Positions 23,653-32,126 are shown, counted from the stretch's first letter. The stretch: DNA of 57,990 nt from Verrucomicrobiia bacterium (GCA_036511615.1 DATCBW010000220.1:1-57990), one strand, 5' to 3'. Numbers and translations are program-made. The notes: generated by a model from the letters alone, not told the origin.

Positions 23653-25482
23653 TTACAGCGATTTGACTTTTTTCACAATTGCGGGGGCGTCAATGCCGAA
23701 CGCGGCCATCAGTTCCGCCGCGTGGCCGGAGCGCGGCAGGCCGTTGACGGCGAGCTTGTGGACTTTGATGCCTTCGCTGCTCAATTCGCCGGCAACCGCG
23801 TCACCGAGTCCGCCTTCAGTGTAATGATCTTCAACGGTGATGACGGTGTTGTTCGTCTTTTGCGCGGCAGCGAGAATTTCCTTTTTGCCGAGCGGTTTGA
23901 TGCTGTAGGCGTCAATGACCGTGATGTTGATGCCTTCGACCTTCAACGTGTCGGCTGCTTTCAAGGCTTCAAACAACGTGACGCCCGCCGCGACGACGGT
24001 GACTTTGTCGCCCGTGCGCAGAACTTTTGCGCCGCCGATGGGGAACTGTTCGTCGTTGCCGTAAATGACCGGCGTTTTCGGACGCGAGGTGCGCAGGAAG
24101 CAGAGGCCTTTGTGCTGCGCCATTTGTTCCAGCAATTTTTCGGTGGCCACGGCTTCGGCGGGATACAGCACCGTGCTGCCGACGATGGCGCGCATCAGCG
24201 CAATGTCTTCCAGCGCCATCTGCGACGGGCCGTCTTCGCCGATGCTGATGCCGACGTGCGAGCCGACGAGCTTGAGGTTCGACTGCGAAATGCCCGCGAC
24301 GCGAATCTGGTCGGCGGCGCGGGTGAAGAACGTCGCGAACGTCGAGGCGAACGGCACATGACCGCGCGTGGCAAAACCGACCGAGACGGCGACGAGATTT
24401 TGTTCCGCGATGAAACATTCAATGGAGCGTTCGGGAAATTTCTTGAAAAATTTTTCCGCGTAGGTGGAATTTTTCGTGTCGCCGTCCAGCGCATTGATGC
24501 GCGGATCGGCATCGCCAAGGCGGACGAGCGCTGTGCCGTAGGCTTCGCGGGTGGCGATCTGGTCGCCGAGCTTGTAGCTGATGGCTGCGTAGCCTGCGGG
24601 TGCGGTGAGATTTGGCGCAGGCAATGGCGTCGGTGCAGGAATCGCCACGCCGAGGCCGGACTTGGCGCTGGGCTGAAGTTCGGCGATGGCCTGCGCGGCT
24701 TCTTCCTTGTTCAACGGCTTGCCGTGCCAGCCGTCTTTGTCCTGCACAAAAGAAATGCCCGCGCCCTTGTAGGTCTTGGCGATGATGGCGAGCGGCTGGT
24801 CGTTCAGGCCGACGCCGCTCAACACTTCGACAATTTCCTCGATGTCATGGCCGTCAATTTCCTCGACGCGCCAGCCGAACGCCTTGAAACGGTCGCGATA
24901 GACATTGATGTCATGGCCGAACGCCGTGGCCTGGCTCTGGCCGAGGCGGTTCGCGTCCACAATGGCGATGAGATTGTTCAGCTTGTAAATGCCCGCGATG
25001 TTCGCGGCTTCCCAGACCGCGCCTTCGGCGATTTCGCCGTCGCCCATCAAAACGTAGGTGTTGAAATCCAGCTTGTCCTGGCGCGCGGCGAGCGCCATTC
25101 CGGCACCGATGCCGAGGCCCTGGCCGAGCGAACCGGTCGCCACATCGGCAAACGCCAGGCGCGGCGTGGGATGACCTTCCAGTTCGCTGGTGAACTGGCG
25201 GAGCGTCAGCAGTTCGGGAATCGGCACAAAACCATTTTCCGCCCACGCGGCGTAAAGCAGCGGTGCGGCGTGGCCTTTGGAGAGAATGAACCGGTCGTTG
25301 TTGTAAAAATGCGGATTCTTCGCGTCATATTTCATGTGGCCGAAGAACAGCGTCGCCACAATGTCCGCCGCCGAGCAGCACGAAGTCGGATGTCCGCTGC
25401 CCGCCGCCGTCGTCGCCTCGATGGAATGAATGCGCAACTGGTTGGCGATGCCTTTCAAAAGTTCAATGTCAGTATCAATCAT
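23653..25482 (-). CDS. tkt: Transketolase
   Basis: AAGSGHPTS, GDGEIAEG, GEDGPSQMALEDIA. Full three-domain length. ATG at 25482 (MIDTDIELLKG). Confidence 0.95.
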   Translation of the reverse strand: MIDTDIELLKGIANQLRIHSIEATTAAGSGHPTSCCSAADIVATLFFGHMKYDAKNPHFYNNDRFILSKGHAAPLLYAAWAENGFVPIPELLTLRQFTSELEGHPTPRLAFADVATGSLGQGLGIGAGMALAARQDKLDFNTYVLMGDGEIAEGAVWEAANIAGIYKLNNLIAIVDANRLGQSQATAFGHDINVYRDRFKAFGWRVEEIDGHDIEEIVEVLSGVGLNDQPLAIIAKTYKGAGISFVQDKDGWHGKPLNKEEAAQAIAELQPSAKSGLGVAIPAPTPLPAPNLTAPAGYAAISYKLGDQIATREAYGTALVRLGDADPRINALDGDTKNSTYAEKFFKKFPERSIECFIAEQNLVAVSVGFATRGHVPFASTFATFFTRAADQIRVAGISQSNLKLVGSHVGISIGEDGPSQMALEDIALMRAIVGSTVLYPAEAVATEKLLEQMAQHKGLCFLRTSRPKTPVIYGNDEQFPIGGAKVLRTGDKVTVVAAGVTLFEALKAADTLKVEGINITVIDAYSIKPLGKKEILAAAQKTNNTVITVEDHYTEGGLGDAVAGELSSEGIKVHKLAVNGLPRSGHAAELMAAFGIDAPAIVKKVKSL

Positions 25483-25603
25483 AAATTGTAAGAGCGGAAA
25501 GAGTAGCCGACGGACGACGAAAGCCAAGAATGAAAATTGGAAAATCGCGAATCCCGTCATCGCAGACGACGGATAAACCTTGTTCTGTCCGGCGCGAACG
25601 ACT

Positions 25604-25656
25604 CAATCGCTGGCGCTGCCCGAAGGCGTCACGCATTGATCCGGTGAATTTGGGGT
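25604..25656. repeat. Third, diverged copy of the priA 3-prime end
   Basis: caatcgctggcgctgcccgaaggcgtcacgc-attgatccggtgaatttggggt. First 22 nt are identical to 19336-19357. There is an 11-nt gap and 2 mismatches relative to the native copy. Confidence 0.9.
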
Positions 25657-25702
25657 GAGTTTTAGGATTGAATTCCGCACGATTTCATTTTATTGCAAAG
25701 AC

Positions 25703-25882
25703 ATGAAAATTGCCGCTGCAAAACGAGAAAAGAGCGAAGCCCAATTGCTGGATCAAGCGACTGACAATCTTTTGCACGCCGTCAAACGGGAAATGATCAA
25801 GAAACAAGGCCGCGTGGATTATGGCAAGCTGCGCAAAGATGGTTACAGCGACCGTATTCTTACAAAGTTGAAAGAAGCCTGA
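25703..25882 (+). CDS. Conserved 59-aa protein, copy 2
   Basis: MKIAAAKREKSEAQLLDQATDNLLHAVKREMIKKQGRVDYGKLRKDGYSDRILTKLKEA. Same length and register as 20329-20508. Confidence 0.5.
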   Translation: MKIAAAKREKSEAQLLDQATDNLLHAVKREMIKKQGRVDYGKLRKDGYSDRILTKLKEA

Positions 25883-25913
25883 AATTTAACGAGGTTGTTC
25901 TTGCAATTATGTT

Positions 25914-25928
25914 GACGATGTGTCACAA
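25914..25928. promoter_or_regulatory. 15-nt motif gacgatgtgtcacaa upstream of the methyltransferase gene (candidate C-box, or cassette boundary repeat)
   Basis: Identical 15-mer recurs at 28086-28100 upstream of the C gene. Contains the palindromic core tgtg-t-caca. Confidence 0.5.
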
Positions 25929-25940
25929 GTTATCCGGCAG

Positions 25941-27107
25941 ATGTTAAACGGAACAACAACTCAAAACGTGCTTCTGGAAGTGCCGGTTGCTTATCGCGCC
26001 CGTCAGAAACGACCAAAGCTCGGTCGTTACGAAAGCATCCGTAAAAAATTTGAGAATGACACTTCCGACGCGGCAAAAGTGTTTGTTGAGTTCAATGAAA
26101 AGGTTTCCATCCCGAACGGCTTTCAGTTTATTGATTTATTTTGCGGCGCGGGCGGAATGACTTGCGGCTTGACTCGCGCGGGCTACACGGCGCGAGCGGC
26201 GGTGGAGATTGTGGACGTTCCCTGCGATACGCATCACCGCAATTTTCCAAAATGCAAACTGCATCGCGGTTCAATTCAGGATTTCAATCTAAAATCCTTG
26301 TCGGATGAATTCGGGCAAATTCATTTGGTCGCTGGTGGGCCGCCGTGTCAGGGATTTTCCGTGGCAGGATTCCGAAATCCAGAAGACGAGCGTAACCAGT
26401 TGTTCCGCGAATTCATGCGCGTCGTCAAGACCGTCAAGCCGTGGTATGTCATCATGGAAAATGTGCCGGGCATTTTGACGTTGGCGGGCGGGGATTTTTA
26501 TCGTGCCATCATCGAAGCATTCGGCGAAGCAGGCTATCCGACAGTTTCAGTTGCTGTTTTGGAGTCGGCAAATTACGGCGTGCCGCAATTTCGTCCGCGA
26601 GCGATTTTCATCGCAAACCGTTTTGGCCGCAGCAATCCGTTTCCACTGCCGCAATTGACGTCGGGAAATTATCGCCCGATTGAAAGCGCGCTGCACGGTT
26701 TGTCTGCAAACGAGCCTTCGGCGGAAATTAATCACGAGTGGACGAAGCACTCAAAGGAAATGGAAAAACGTCTGGCCAAAGTTCCGCCCGGCGGCTCGCT
26801 TTACGAAACATTTTTTGACGCTTGGAAACGCCAGTATCCCGGATTGCCGAGCATGACGATCAAGGAAAATCACGGCGGCACGCACATTCATCCGCATTTG
26901 AACCGCGTTTTGTCCGCGCGTGAAATGGCGCGGCTGCAAACTTTTCCTGACGATTTCATTTTTTGCGGGACAATGAAAAAAGCCATGTGGCAGATTGGCA
27001 ACGCCGTTCCGCCAAGGTTGGCGGAAGTCATTGGAAAAACTTTGCTGCCTTCATTGCAAGCGTTGGCAGACAAACAGCCGGACCCGTTTGCGTCGCTTTC
27101 TAACTAG
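25941..27107 (+). CDS. DNA (cytosine-5)-methyltransferase
   Basis: Motif I FIDLFCGAGGMTCGL, IV GGPPCQGFS, VI IMENVPGIL, VIII QFRPRAIFIA, X GNAVPPRL. ATG at 25941 preferred to GTG at 25920. Confidence 0.92.
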   Translation: MLNGTTTQNVLLEVPVAYRARQKRPKLGRYESIRKKFENDTSDAAKVFVEFNEKVSIPNGFQFIDLFCGAGGMTCGLTRAGYTARAAVEIVDVPCDTHHRNFPKCKLHRGSIQDFNLKSLSDEFGQIHLVAGGPPCQGFSVAGFRNPEDERNQLFREFMRVVKTVKPWYVIMENVPGILTLAGGDFYRAIIEAFGEAGYPTVSVAVLESANYGVPQFRPRAIFIANRFGRSNPFPLPQLTSGNYRPIESALHGLSANEPSAEINHEWTKHSKEMEKRLAKVPPGGSLYETFFDAWKRQYPGLPSMTIKENHGGTHIHPHLNRVLSAREMARLQTFPDDFIFCGTMKKAMWQIGNAVPPRLAEVIGKTLLPSLQALADKQPDPFASLSN

Positions 27108-27803
27108 CGGTTTTTGGAACAGAAAGTTTGAGGTTCAACGCCTCGCGCCAATTTGCGAAGTCATACCAGCCGCAACCAACGCAGCCTTTTTCCGCTTCGA
27201 CTCCAATCGGCGGAATATTTTTCGGCCAGTCTTCCTTGCCGTGGTAGAAAAACTCAATTCCGAAAGGCATTCCGCGTTTGCCATTTTTGAAACAATTTTC
27301 ACACGCACAGCTTTTGAGCAGATTGTGGTTGCCGCCTGCGTCAAATTTGAGCAGTTGAAATTTTTGTTCGATTTCAGCTTCCGAAATCTCCGACGAATGT
27401 TTGGTTTCCGTCGTTCCCCAACGAATCATTGGAAAACGATGGTCAACAATCAATTCGTGCGATGGGTGCTCGCGTTGTTCAATGACGTTCGCGTATCCAA
27501 AATGGGCGAGAATTTTCTTTTTCAAAGCTGCTGAAATTCCCGCCGGGGCGTTTGAGATTTGAAATCTCCCGTCCACCTGTCCCATCGCGTCTTGCGTTTG
27601 CACTGTGCGCAATGATCCGTCTTCGATTCGATTTTCAGGCCGGAACGTGCGCTCGTGCCGCGCTGCAATCCTTGGATTCCGCCGCCACCGGCAAGCTGTC
27701 CGCTTGGAATTCGTTTGTATTCGTGCGAGCGGCAATGCCATTTGGTGTCCTGCAAGACGGCCAGAACTTTCGACTGCAAACTTCCCTTCTTTGGCTTGTT
27801 CAT
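27100..27803 (-). pseudogene. HNH-like restriction endonuclease candidate, reading frame interrupted
   Basis: N-part MNKPKKGSLQSKVLAVLQDTKWHCRSHEY...CAQCKRKTRWDRWTGDFKSQ (frame of 27522-27803). C-part ...ILAHFGYANVIEQREHPSHELIVDHRFPMIRWG..GNHNLLKSCACENC (frame of 27100-27885). Total span is 704 nt, so it is 1 nt short of being in frame. Confidence 0.55.
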
Positions 27804-28048
27804 CGGCTTTTCCCTTTCGCCTTTGCTTCCAAGCCGCGCAACAATTCTTCGGTCGTGATGCCAAACCCTTTTGCGACTTTGACAATCGCGGTCAGCGACG
27901 GATTGCGGACGCCACGTTCAAGCCCGGAAATGTAAGTCCGATCCAAGTCGGCGCGTTCCGCGAATTCTTCCTGTGAAATGCCAAGCGAATTGCGCCGTTC
28001 GGCAATAAGTTTGCCAAAACTTTCGAGAGTTAGTTTTCGCTCGGACAC
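27800..28048 (-). CDS. XRE-family HTH controller (C) protein of the R-M system
   Basis: RRNSLGISQEEFAERADLDRTYISGLERGVRNPSLTAIVKVAKGFGI. 82 aa. Its stop overlaps the endonuclease ATG by 4 nt, the classic C-R operon arrangement. Confidence 0.75.
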   Translation of the reverse strand: MSERKLTLESFGKLIAERRNSLGISQEEFAERADLDRTYISGLERGVRNPSLTAIVKVAKGFGITTEELLRGLEAKAKGKSR

Positions 28049-28072
28049 GCCACCAGTTAAAAGGCACGTTGC

Positions 28073-28100
28073 CGATGTGTCTATGGACGATGTGTCACAA
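28073..28100. promoter_or_regulatory. Motif pair cgatgtgtc / gacgatgtgtcacaa upstream of the C gene
   Basis: cgatgtgtc (28073-28081), a 4-nt spacer, then gacgatgtgtcacaa (28086-28100). The second element overlaps the NUDIX stop codon at 28095-28097. Confidence 0.5.
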
Positions 28101-28652
28101 CTTTTTAATTCCCCGCTGCCACAAATCGAAATGATACAGCGCGACGACGACGAGGGAGTGGCCGATTTTTTCGTCGGCGACGAGTTTCGGAATTTCCGCG
28201 ACGGGCACGAGGCGCGTGATCAAATCTTCGCCGCTGTCGAATTCCACGCCGTGTTGCAGGCGGCAGTTTTCAATCAGCACAGTGTAAGTGACGTTGCTCA
28301 GAATGGCGGGGTTGGACCAGATTTTTCCGAGCAGGCGCGCGTTTTCGCCTTCGTAGCCGGTTTCCTCGCGCAATTCGCGCACGGCGGTCGCCACTGGGTC
28401 AGTTTCATTCGCGTCCATCATGCCGCCGGGAATTTCCAGTTCCACCGTGCCGGAGCCGCAGCGGTATTGCTGAACCATCACCAGTTTCTGGTCGGGCGTG
28501 ACGGCGACGACGTTGACCCAGTTGACGCTGTCGAGGACGAAGAAATCGTGCTCCTTGCCGGTGCGCGGATTGACGCAGGTGTCGGAGCGGATTTTGAAGA
28601 TGCGAAAATCTCCGGCGGGTTTGGAACTGATTTTTTTCCAAGGTTTAATCAT
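28095..28652 (-). CDS. NUDIX hydrolase (ADP-ribose pyrophosphatase-like)
   Basis: NUDIX box GGMMDANETDPVATAVRELREETGY. 185 aa. Confidence 0.88.
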   Translation of the reverse strand: MIKPWKKISSKPAGDFRIFKIRSDTCVNPRTGKEHDFFVLDSVNWVNVVAVTPDQKLVMVQQYRCGSGTVELEIPGGMMDANETDPVATAVRELREETGYEGENARLLGKIWSNPAILSNVTYTVLIENCRLQHGVEFDSGEDLITRLVPVAEIPKLVADEKIGHSLVVVALYHFDLWQRGIKKL

Positions 28653-28656
28653 GTTT

Positions 28657-28719
28657 GATTTACGATATGCGTTTTACGAACTGCATGGATTGATGCGCGT
28701 CAATCGTAAATCGTAAATC
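28657..28719. repeat. Heptamer-arm hairpin (intergenic)
   Basis: gatttacgat (28657-28666) is complementary to atcgtaaatc (28710-28719, also 28703-28712). The right arm is (tcgtaaa)x2. Confidence 0.7.
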
Positions 28720-28725
28720 AAAAAT

Positions 28726-28920
28726 TCAAAACCCTTTTTCCCTGGCCGACCAGCCTTGTCGCATGAGCGTGATCAAATGCTGCAAAGCTTCGTCGTAAGA
28801 ACGACCTTTTTCGGCGGCGAGCTGACGGGCGCGCTTGTCGAGTTGTGCGGCCATTTCGGCGGATTTTTCCTCCGGACAGCCGAGGGCGACGAGGACTTGG
28901 GCGAGTTGGGAAATTTCCAC
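28726..28920 (-). CDS. Hypothetical 64-aa protein
   Basis: ORF with native G+C: MEISQLAQVLVALGCPEEKSAEMAAQLDKRARQLAAEKGRSYDEALQHLITLMRQGW. No motif recognised. Confidence 0.4.
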   Translation of the reverse strand: MEISQLAQVLVALGCPEEKSAEMAAQLDKRARQLAAEKGRSYDEALQHLITLMRQGWSAREKGF

Positions 28921-28945
28921 GGCGAAAATTTAATAAGGAAACCAG

Positions 28946-28990
28946 GAACGCAGGAAAGGGAACCAAACTTGTTCCTGATTTCCTGCGTTC
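28946..28990 (-). terminator. Rho-independent terminator-like hairpin downstream of the cytoplasmic cyclophilin gene
   Basis: gaacgcaggaaa/tttcctgcgttc (12 bp) plus inner ggaac/gttcc. The left arm is part of (ggaaacc)(aggaacg)(caggaaa)(gggaacc). A U-rich tract follows on the minus strand. Confidence 0.6.
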
Positions 28991-29006
28991 ATTATTCAAT
29001 TTTATT

Positions 29007-29507
29007 TCACTTCACCGAATCGGCCGGGACAATCTTGACGCTGGTGACGGTCATTTTGGTGACGGGCCGGTCGCCGGGATGCGTGGGCGTGGTGGCGATT
29101 TTTTCCAGCACGTCGTCGCCCCTGATTAATTTGCCGAAAGCGGTGTATTTACCGTCAAGATTATCGGCTGTGGCGTGGCAGATGAAAAATTGCGAGCCGG
29201 CGGAATTGGGGTTCTGCGAGCGGGCCATCGAAAGGACGCCGCGCGTGTGGGACTTGTCGTTGAACTCGGCCTTGATCTGGTAACCGGGGCCGCCGGTGCC
29301 CCATTGATTTTCCTTGCTCGCGTCCTTGGTCAGCGGATCGCCGCCCTGGATCATGAAACCCTTGATGACGCGGTGAAAACAGGTGCCGTCGTAAAAGCCC
29401 TGATTCGCGAGTTTCTTGAAATTCTCGACGTGGCCGGGCGCAACGTCCGGCCAGAATTCGAGGACCATTTCGCCGGCGCTGGTGGTAAGGATGGCAACTT
29501 CGCTCAT
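29007..29507 (-). CDS. ppiB: Peptidyl-prolyl cis-trans isomerase, cytoplasmic cyclophilin type
   Basis: FHRVIKGFMIQGGDP, SMARSQNPNSAGSQFFI. ATG at 29507 (MSEVAILTTSAG). Confidence 0.9.
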   Translation of the reverse strand: MSEVAILTTSAGEMVLEFWPDVAPGHVENFKKLANQGFYDGTCFHRVIKGFMIQGGDPLTKDASKENQWGTGGPGYQIKAEFNDKSHTRGVLSMARSQNPNSAGSQFFICHATADNLDGKYTAFGKLIRGDDVLEKIATTPTHPGDRPVTKMTVTSVKIVPADSVK

Positions 29508-29523
29508 AAAATCAGTGGGTAGA

Positions 29524-30222
29524 TTATTTCTTGATTTCTGTTTTATCGGTGCTTTTCGCCGTAACGATAGTCGCGGACTTGATGTAATCAAGGTTCGGAA
29601 AATCTTTTTTCAAATAGGCGTTGCCCTCCGTTGCCATAAGATCCGGATTCGGCCCTCTGCCGCCCTGTTGCGGCATATCACCATACTCGCCGTTGATTTT
29701 GTCCACCACGTCCATTCCCTCAATCACCTTGCCGAACGGCGGGAAACCCATGCTGTCGAGTCGCGAATTGTCACCAAAGTTGATGAACAACTGCGTCGTG
29801 CGCGTGTTTGGTCCACCCATCGCAAATGTGATCGTTCCGCGCGTGTTGCTGCCTTTCACCAGGTCATCGGGAATGTTCGCCTGACGCCATTTTGCCGTGA
29901 CTGCTGGATCGCCACTCATGCCGAACTGGCACATGAAACCGGGCACCACGCGGAAGAAGGCGATGTCCGTGAAGTAACCTGAACTCACCAGATTGTAAAA
30001 GCGGTCCGCGCCGTTGGGTGCCAGCGAGCGGGTGACTTCGATGGTGAATTTCCCTTTGGTCGTGTCGAACTGCGCCTTGAAGGTTTCGGGCGCTTTCGCC
30101 GTGAGTTTCGCGGGATCGGCAAAAGCCGGCGCCGGCTTGTCCACCGGCTTGGCATCTTGGGCGTGTGTTGCGGTAACGGCGGTGAAAAGGCCGAGCGTGT
30201 AAAGTAAATGAATTGCTTTCAT
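29524..30222 (-). CDS. ppiA: Peptidyl-prolyl cis-trans isomerase, secreted cyclophilin type
   Basis: Signal peptide MKAIHLLYTLGLFTAVTATHAQD. FFRVVPGFMCQFG, FAMGGPNTRTTQLFINF. Confidence 0.9.
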   Translation of the reverse strand: MKAIHLLYTLGLFTAVTATHAQDAKPVDKPAPAFADPAKLTAKAPETFKAQFDTTKGKFTIEVTRSLAPNGADRFYNLVSSGYFTDIAFFRVVPGFMCQFGMSGDPAVTAKWRQANIPDDLVKGSNTRGTITFAMGGPNTRTTQLFINFGDNSRLDSMGFPPFGKVIEGMDVVDKINGEYGDMPQQGGRGPNPDLMATEGNAYLKKDFPNLDYIKSATIVTAKSTDKTEIKK

Positions 30223-30272
30223 GGCCGGAAAATTTTCCAGAATGCGCGGCAAAAGTCACGCCCGGAATCAAA

Positions 30273-31544
30273 TCATTTGCGGTCCGGCGGGCGCGAACTG
30301 TCCTGCATCGAACGGCTGATGAGGCTGCCGCGCGGGGCGCGCTGGCCGCGCACCAGAAACAAGATCACCAGCACCAGCGCCACCACAAATAATCCGACCC
30401 CGACATAAATCAAAATCCGCGTGTCGTTGTCGGAAGGAGCGGACGAAGCTGCAACCGTCCCGTTTGTCTCTGTGCTGGCGCTGATTTTTGGCGCGGCAAC
30501 CACCGCTTCCTTCGCTGCCACCGGAACATTCGACGACGACACGGGCGGCGCGGGTTTGGAAATCAAATTGGTCGGCCGGATTTCGGCCAGCGGCAGGTTG
30601 GTTTTTGGCGCGGCAGCAATCACCGCCGTTTCTGCCGGCGGCGATGTCGCCACCACTGCCGGCGGCACCGGTTCAGAAATTGAATTTGTCTGCTGCGCTT
30701 CCACCTCAACCGGCGGCGGGTTGGTCGTTGACGGCGGCGCGACGGCCACGGGATTGTTAGTGGCCGCCGACATTTTCATCACTTCTTCCAGATTGGTGCC
30801 GACGTGCGTGCCGACAATGATGAGTGAAGGTTCTGTGACTGGCGGTTTCGTTTCAACCGGAACAACGGGTTTGGGCGGCAGGTTGCTCGGCATGGCCTTG
30901 GTTTCCTCCGGCAACGGGGGGAACGGCGGGACATTCAAGGGCGCCGGCGGAAAATTCACCGTGGCGCTGATGTATTTTCCAAGCTGCGTCCGTATCAGCA
31001 GCACATACGGCTGGCGCGACTTTTTCCGTTCGCCGCGCGTCTGGTTCAAGGTCTCGTTAATGCCGTCGTCGTAAGGCGTCCAGTGGATTTCATCGCCGCC
31101 GTCGCAAATAATCACCACGGTCAGCCGCTCGGAATCCGCGATGAGCTGGCCCAGCAGCGGTTGCAGCGCGGCAAAACTGGTGTTGCCGCTGAAACGCTGT
31201 TTGCGGAGGAACGCGATGAGGCTCGAAGTTGTCTGCACGGTGTTTTCCGGCGCCCAGGTTGTCAGCGGAAACTGGCCCGTGCGCAACTGCTGGTCGAACG
31301 TCCACACACCGACACTGTCGCCCGCACGCAGGTTCTGGCTGAAGCTGGTCGCGAACAGGCTCTTGATTTCCGTCTCGACCGCCGGCAGCCGGCTCTTCAT
31401 CGCCGACGAAGTGTTGAAGATAATCAGCCAGCGTTCCGCCTGCGCCGCCGACGCGGGCGCGCGCGAAAATAAAACCAGCAGCAGGACAACGGTGAAAATC
31501 CAGCGGGCCGGGGAGCGTTGGTTTGAACATTGAAAATTCATCAT
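30273..31544 (-). CDS. vWA-like domain protein with P/T/A-rich linker and C-terminal TM anchor
   Basis: Signal-like start MMNFQCSNQRSPARWIFTVVLLLVLF. WLIIFNTSSAM...VVIICDGGDE has a vWA-like layout. C-terminal helix ILIYVGVGLFVVALVLVILFLV. Confidence 0.5.
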   Translation of the reverse strand: MMNFQCSNQRSPARWIFTVVLLLVLFSRAPASAAQAERWLIIFNTSSAMKSRLPAVETEIKSLFATSFSQNLRAGDSVGVWTFDQQLRTGQFPLTTWAPENTVQTTSSLIAFLRKQRFSGNTSFAALQPLLGQLIADSERLTVVIICDGGDEIHWTPYDDGINETLNQTRGERKKSRQPYVLLIRTQLGKYISATVNFPPAPLNVPPFPPLPEETKAMPSNLPPKPVVPVETKPPVTEPSLIIVGTHVGTNLEEVMKMSAATNNPVAVAPPSTTNPPPVEVEAQQTNSISEPVPPAVVATSPPAETAVIAAAPKTNLPLAEIRPTNLISKPAPPVSSSNVPVAAKEAVVAAPKISASTETNGTVAASSAPSDNDTRILIYVGVGLFVVALVLVILFLVRGQRAPRGSLISRSMQDSSRPPDRK

Positions 31545-31548
31545 GCCT

Positions 31549-32019
31549 TCAGCGCGAACGGGAAAAACGGTTTCGTTCAGCACGGTTGTGATTGTTCAGG
31601 TTTTCCTCCAGGTTCGCCAGCGCATTCTGGATCATGCCGATGAAGTTGGCGCAACTTGCCACCGAACCGCCAAAGCCGCCCACCGTGTCGCGCTCCGCAA
31701 AATCATCCGTCACCACCAGCACTTCGCCGTAATCCTGAAAACGGTGCGCCGCCCGCTCGATCAAATCATCCGCCGTCTGGCCGCTGTTTGAAAAAAGAAC
31801 TTCCACGGAACCGCCCGATTCGTTTTTGGGTTTGCTGCGCCGCGAACCGCGTCCGTCAAAAAAGACCGTGACCGGCGTGCCGCTCGCGTCCTGATAATGC
31901 GTGAGCATTTCCACCAGCGCATCGCGCGCCGTCTCGGAATGGCGCGGCGCACCCGCCGCCAGCTCCGGCCATTTGTGCAGCAGGCTGTAGCCATCAACAA
32001 GAATTCGCACCAGCGCCAT
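31549..32019 (-). CDS. NYN-domain ribonuclease, YacP/Rae1-like
   Basis: ILVDGYSLLH...VTVFFDG...VLFSNSGQTADDLIER...VLVVTDD matches the YacP-type NYN pattern. Confidence 0.75.
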   Translation of the reverse strand: MALVRILVDGYSLLHKWPELAAGAPRHSETARDALVEMLTHYQDASGTPVTVFFDGRGSRRSKPKNESGGSVEVLFSNSGQTADDLIERAAHRFQDYGEVLVVTDDFAERDTVGGFGGSVASCANFIGMIQNALANLEENLNNHNRAERNRFSRSR

Positions 32020-32126
32020 GAGCGCAGACTAGCGGTTTTTCGGTCGGGGCCAAAAGAAATTCAACAGGCGGAAATCACATTGTTTTCCGGGCGAAATCTG
32101 GTTTAATCTGCACCCGTCATTTGCCA

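Noticed and set aside
23632-25491. 619-aa plus-strand ORF
   Set aside because: Antisense to transketolase, with arginine/alanine/glycine-rich composition. Rejected on the same basis: 32723-33865 (antisense rluD), 36870-37781 (uvrB), 40047-41015 (dapF), 48697-49341 (dnaA), 50231-51445 (hemL), 54488-55375 (recG) and 14780-15697 (ruvC region).
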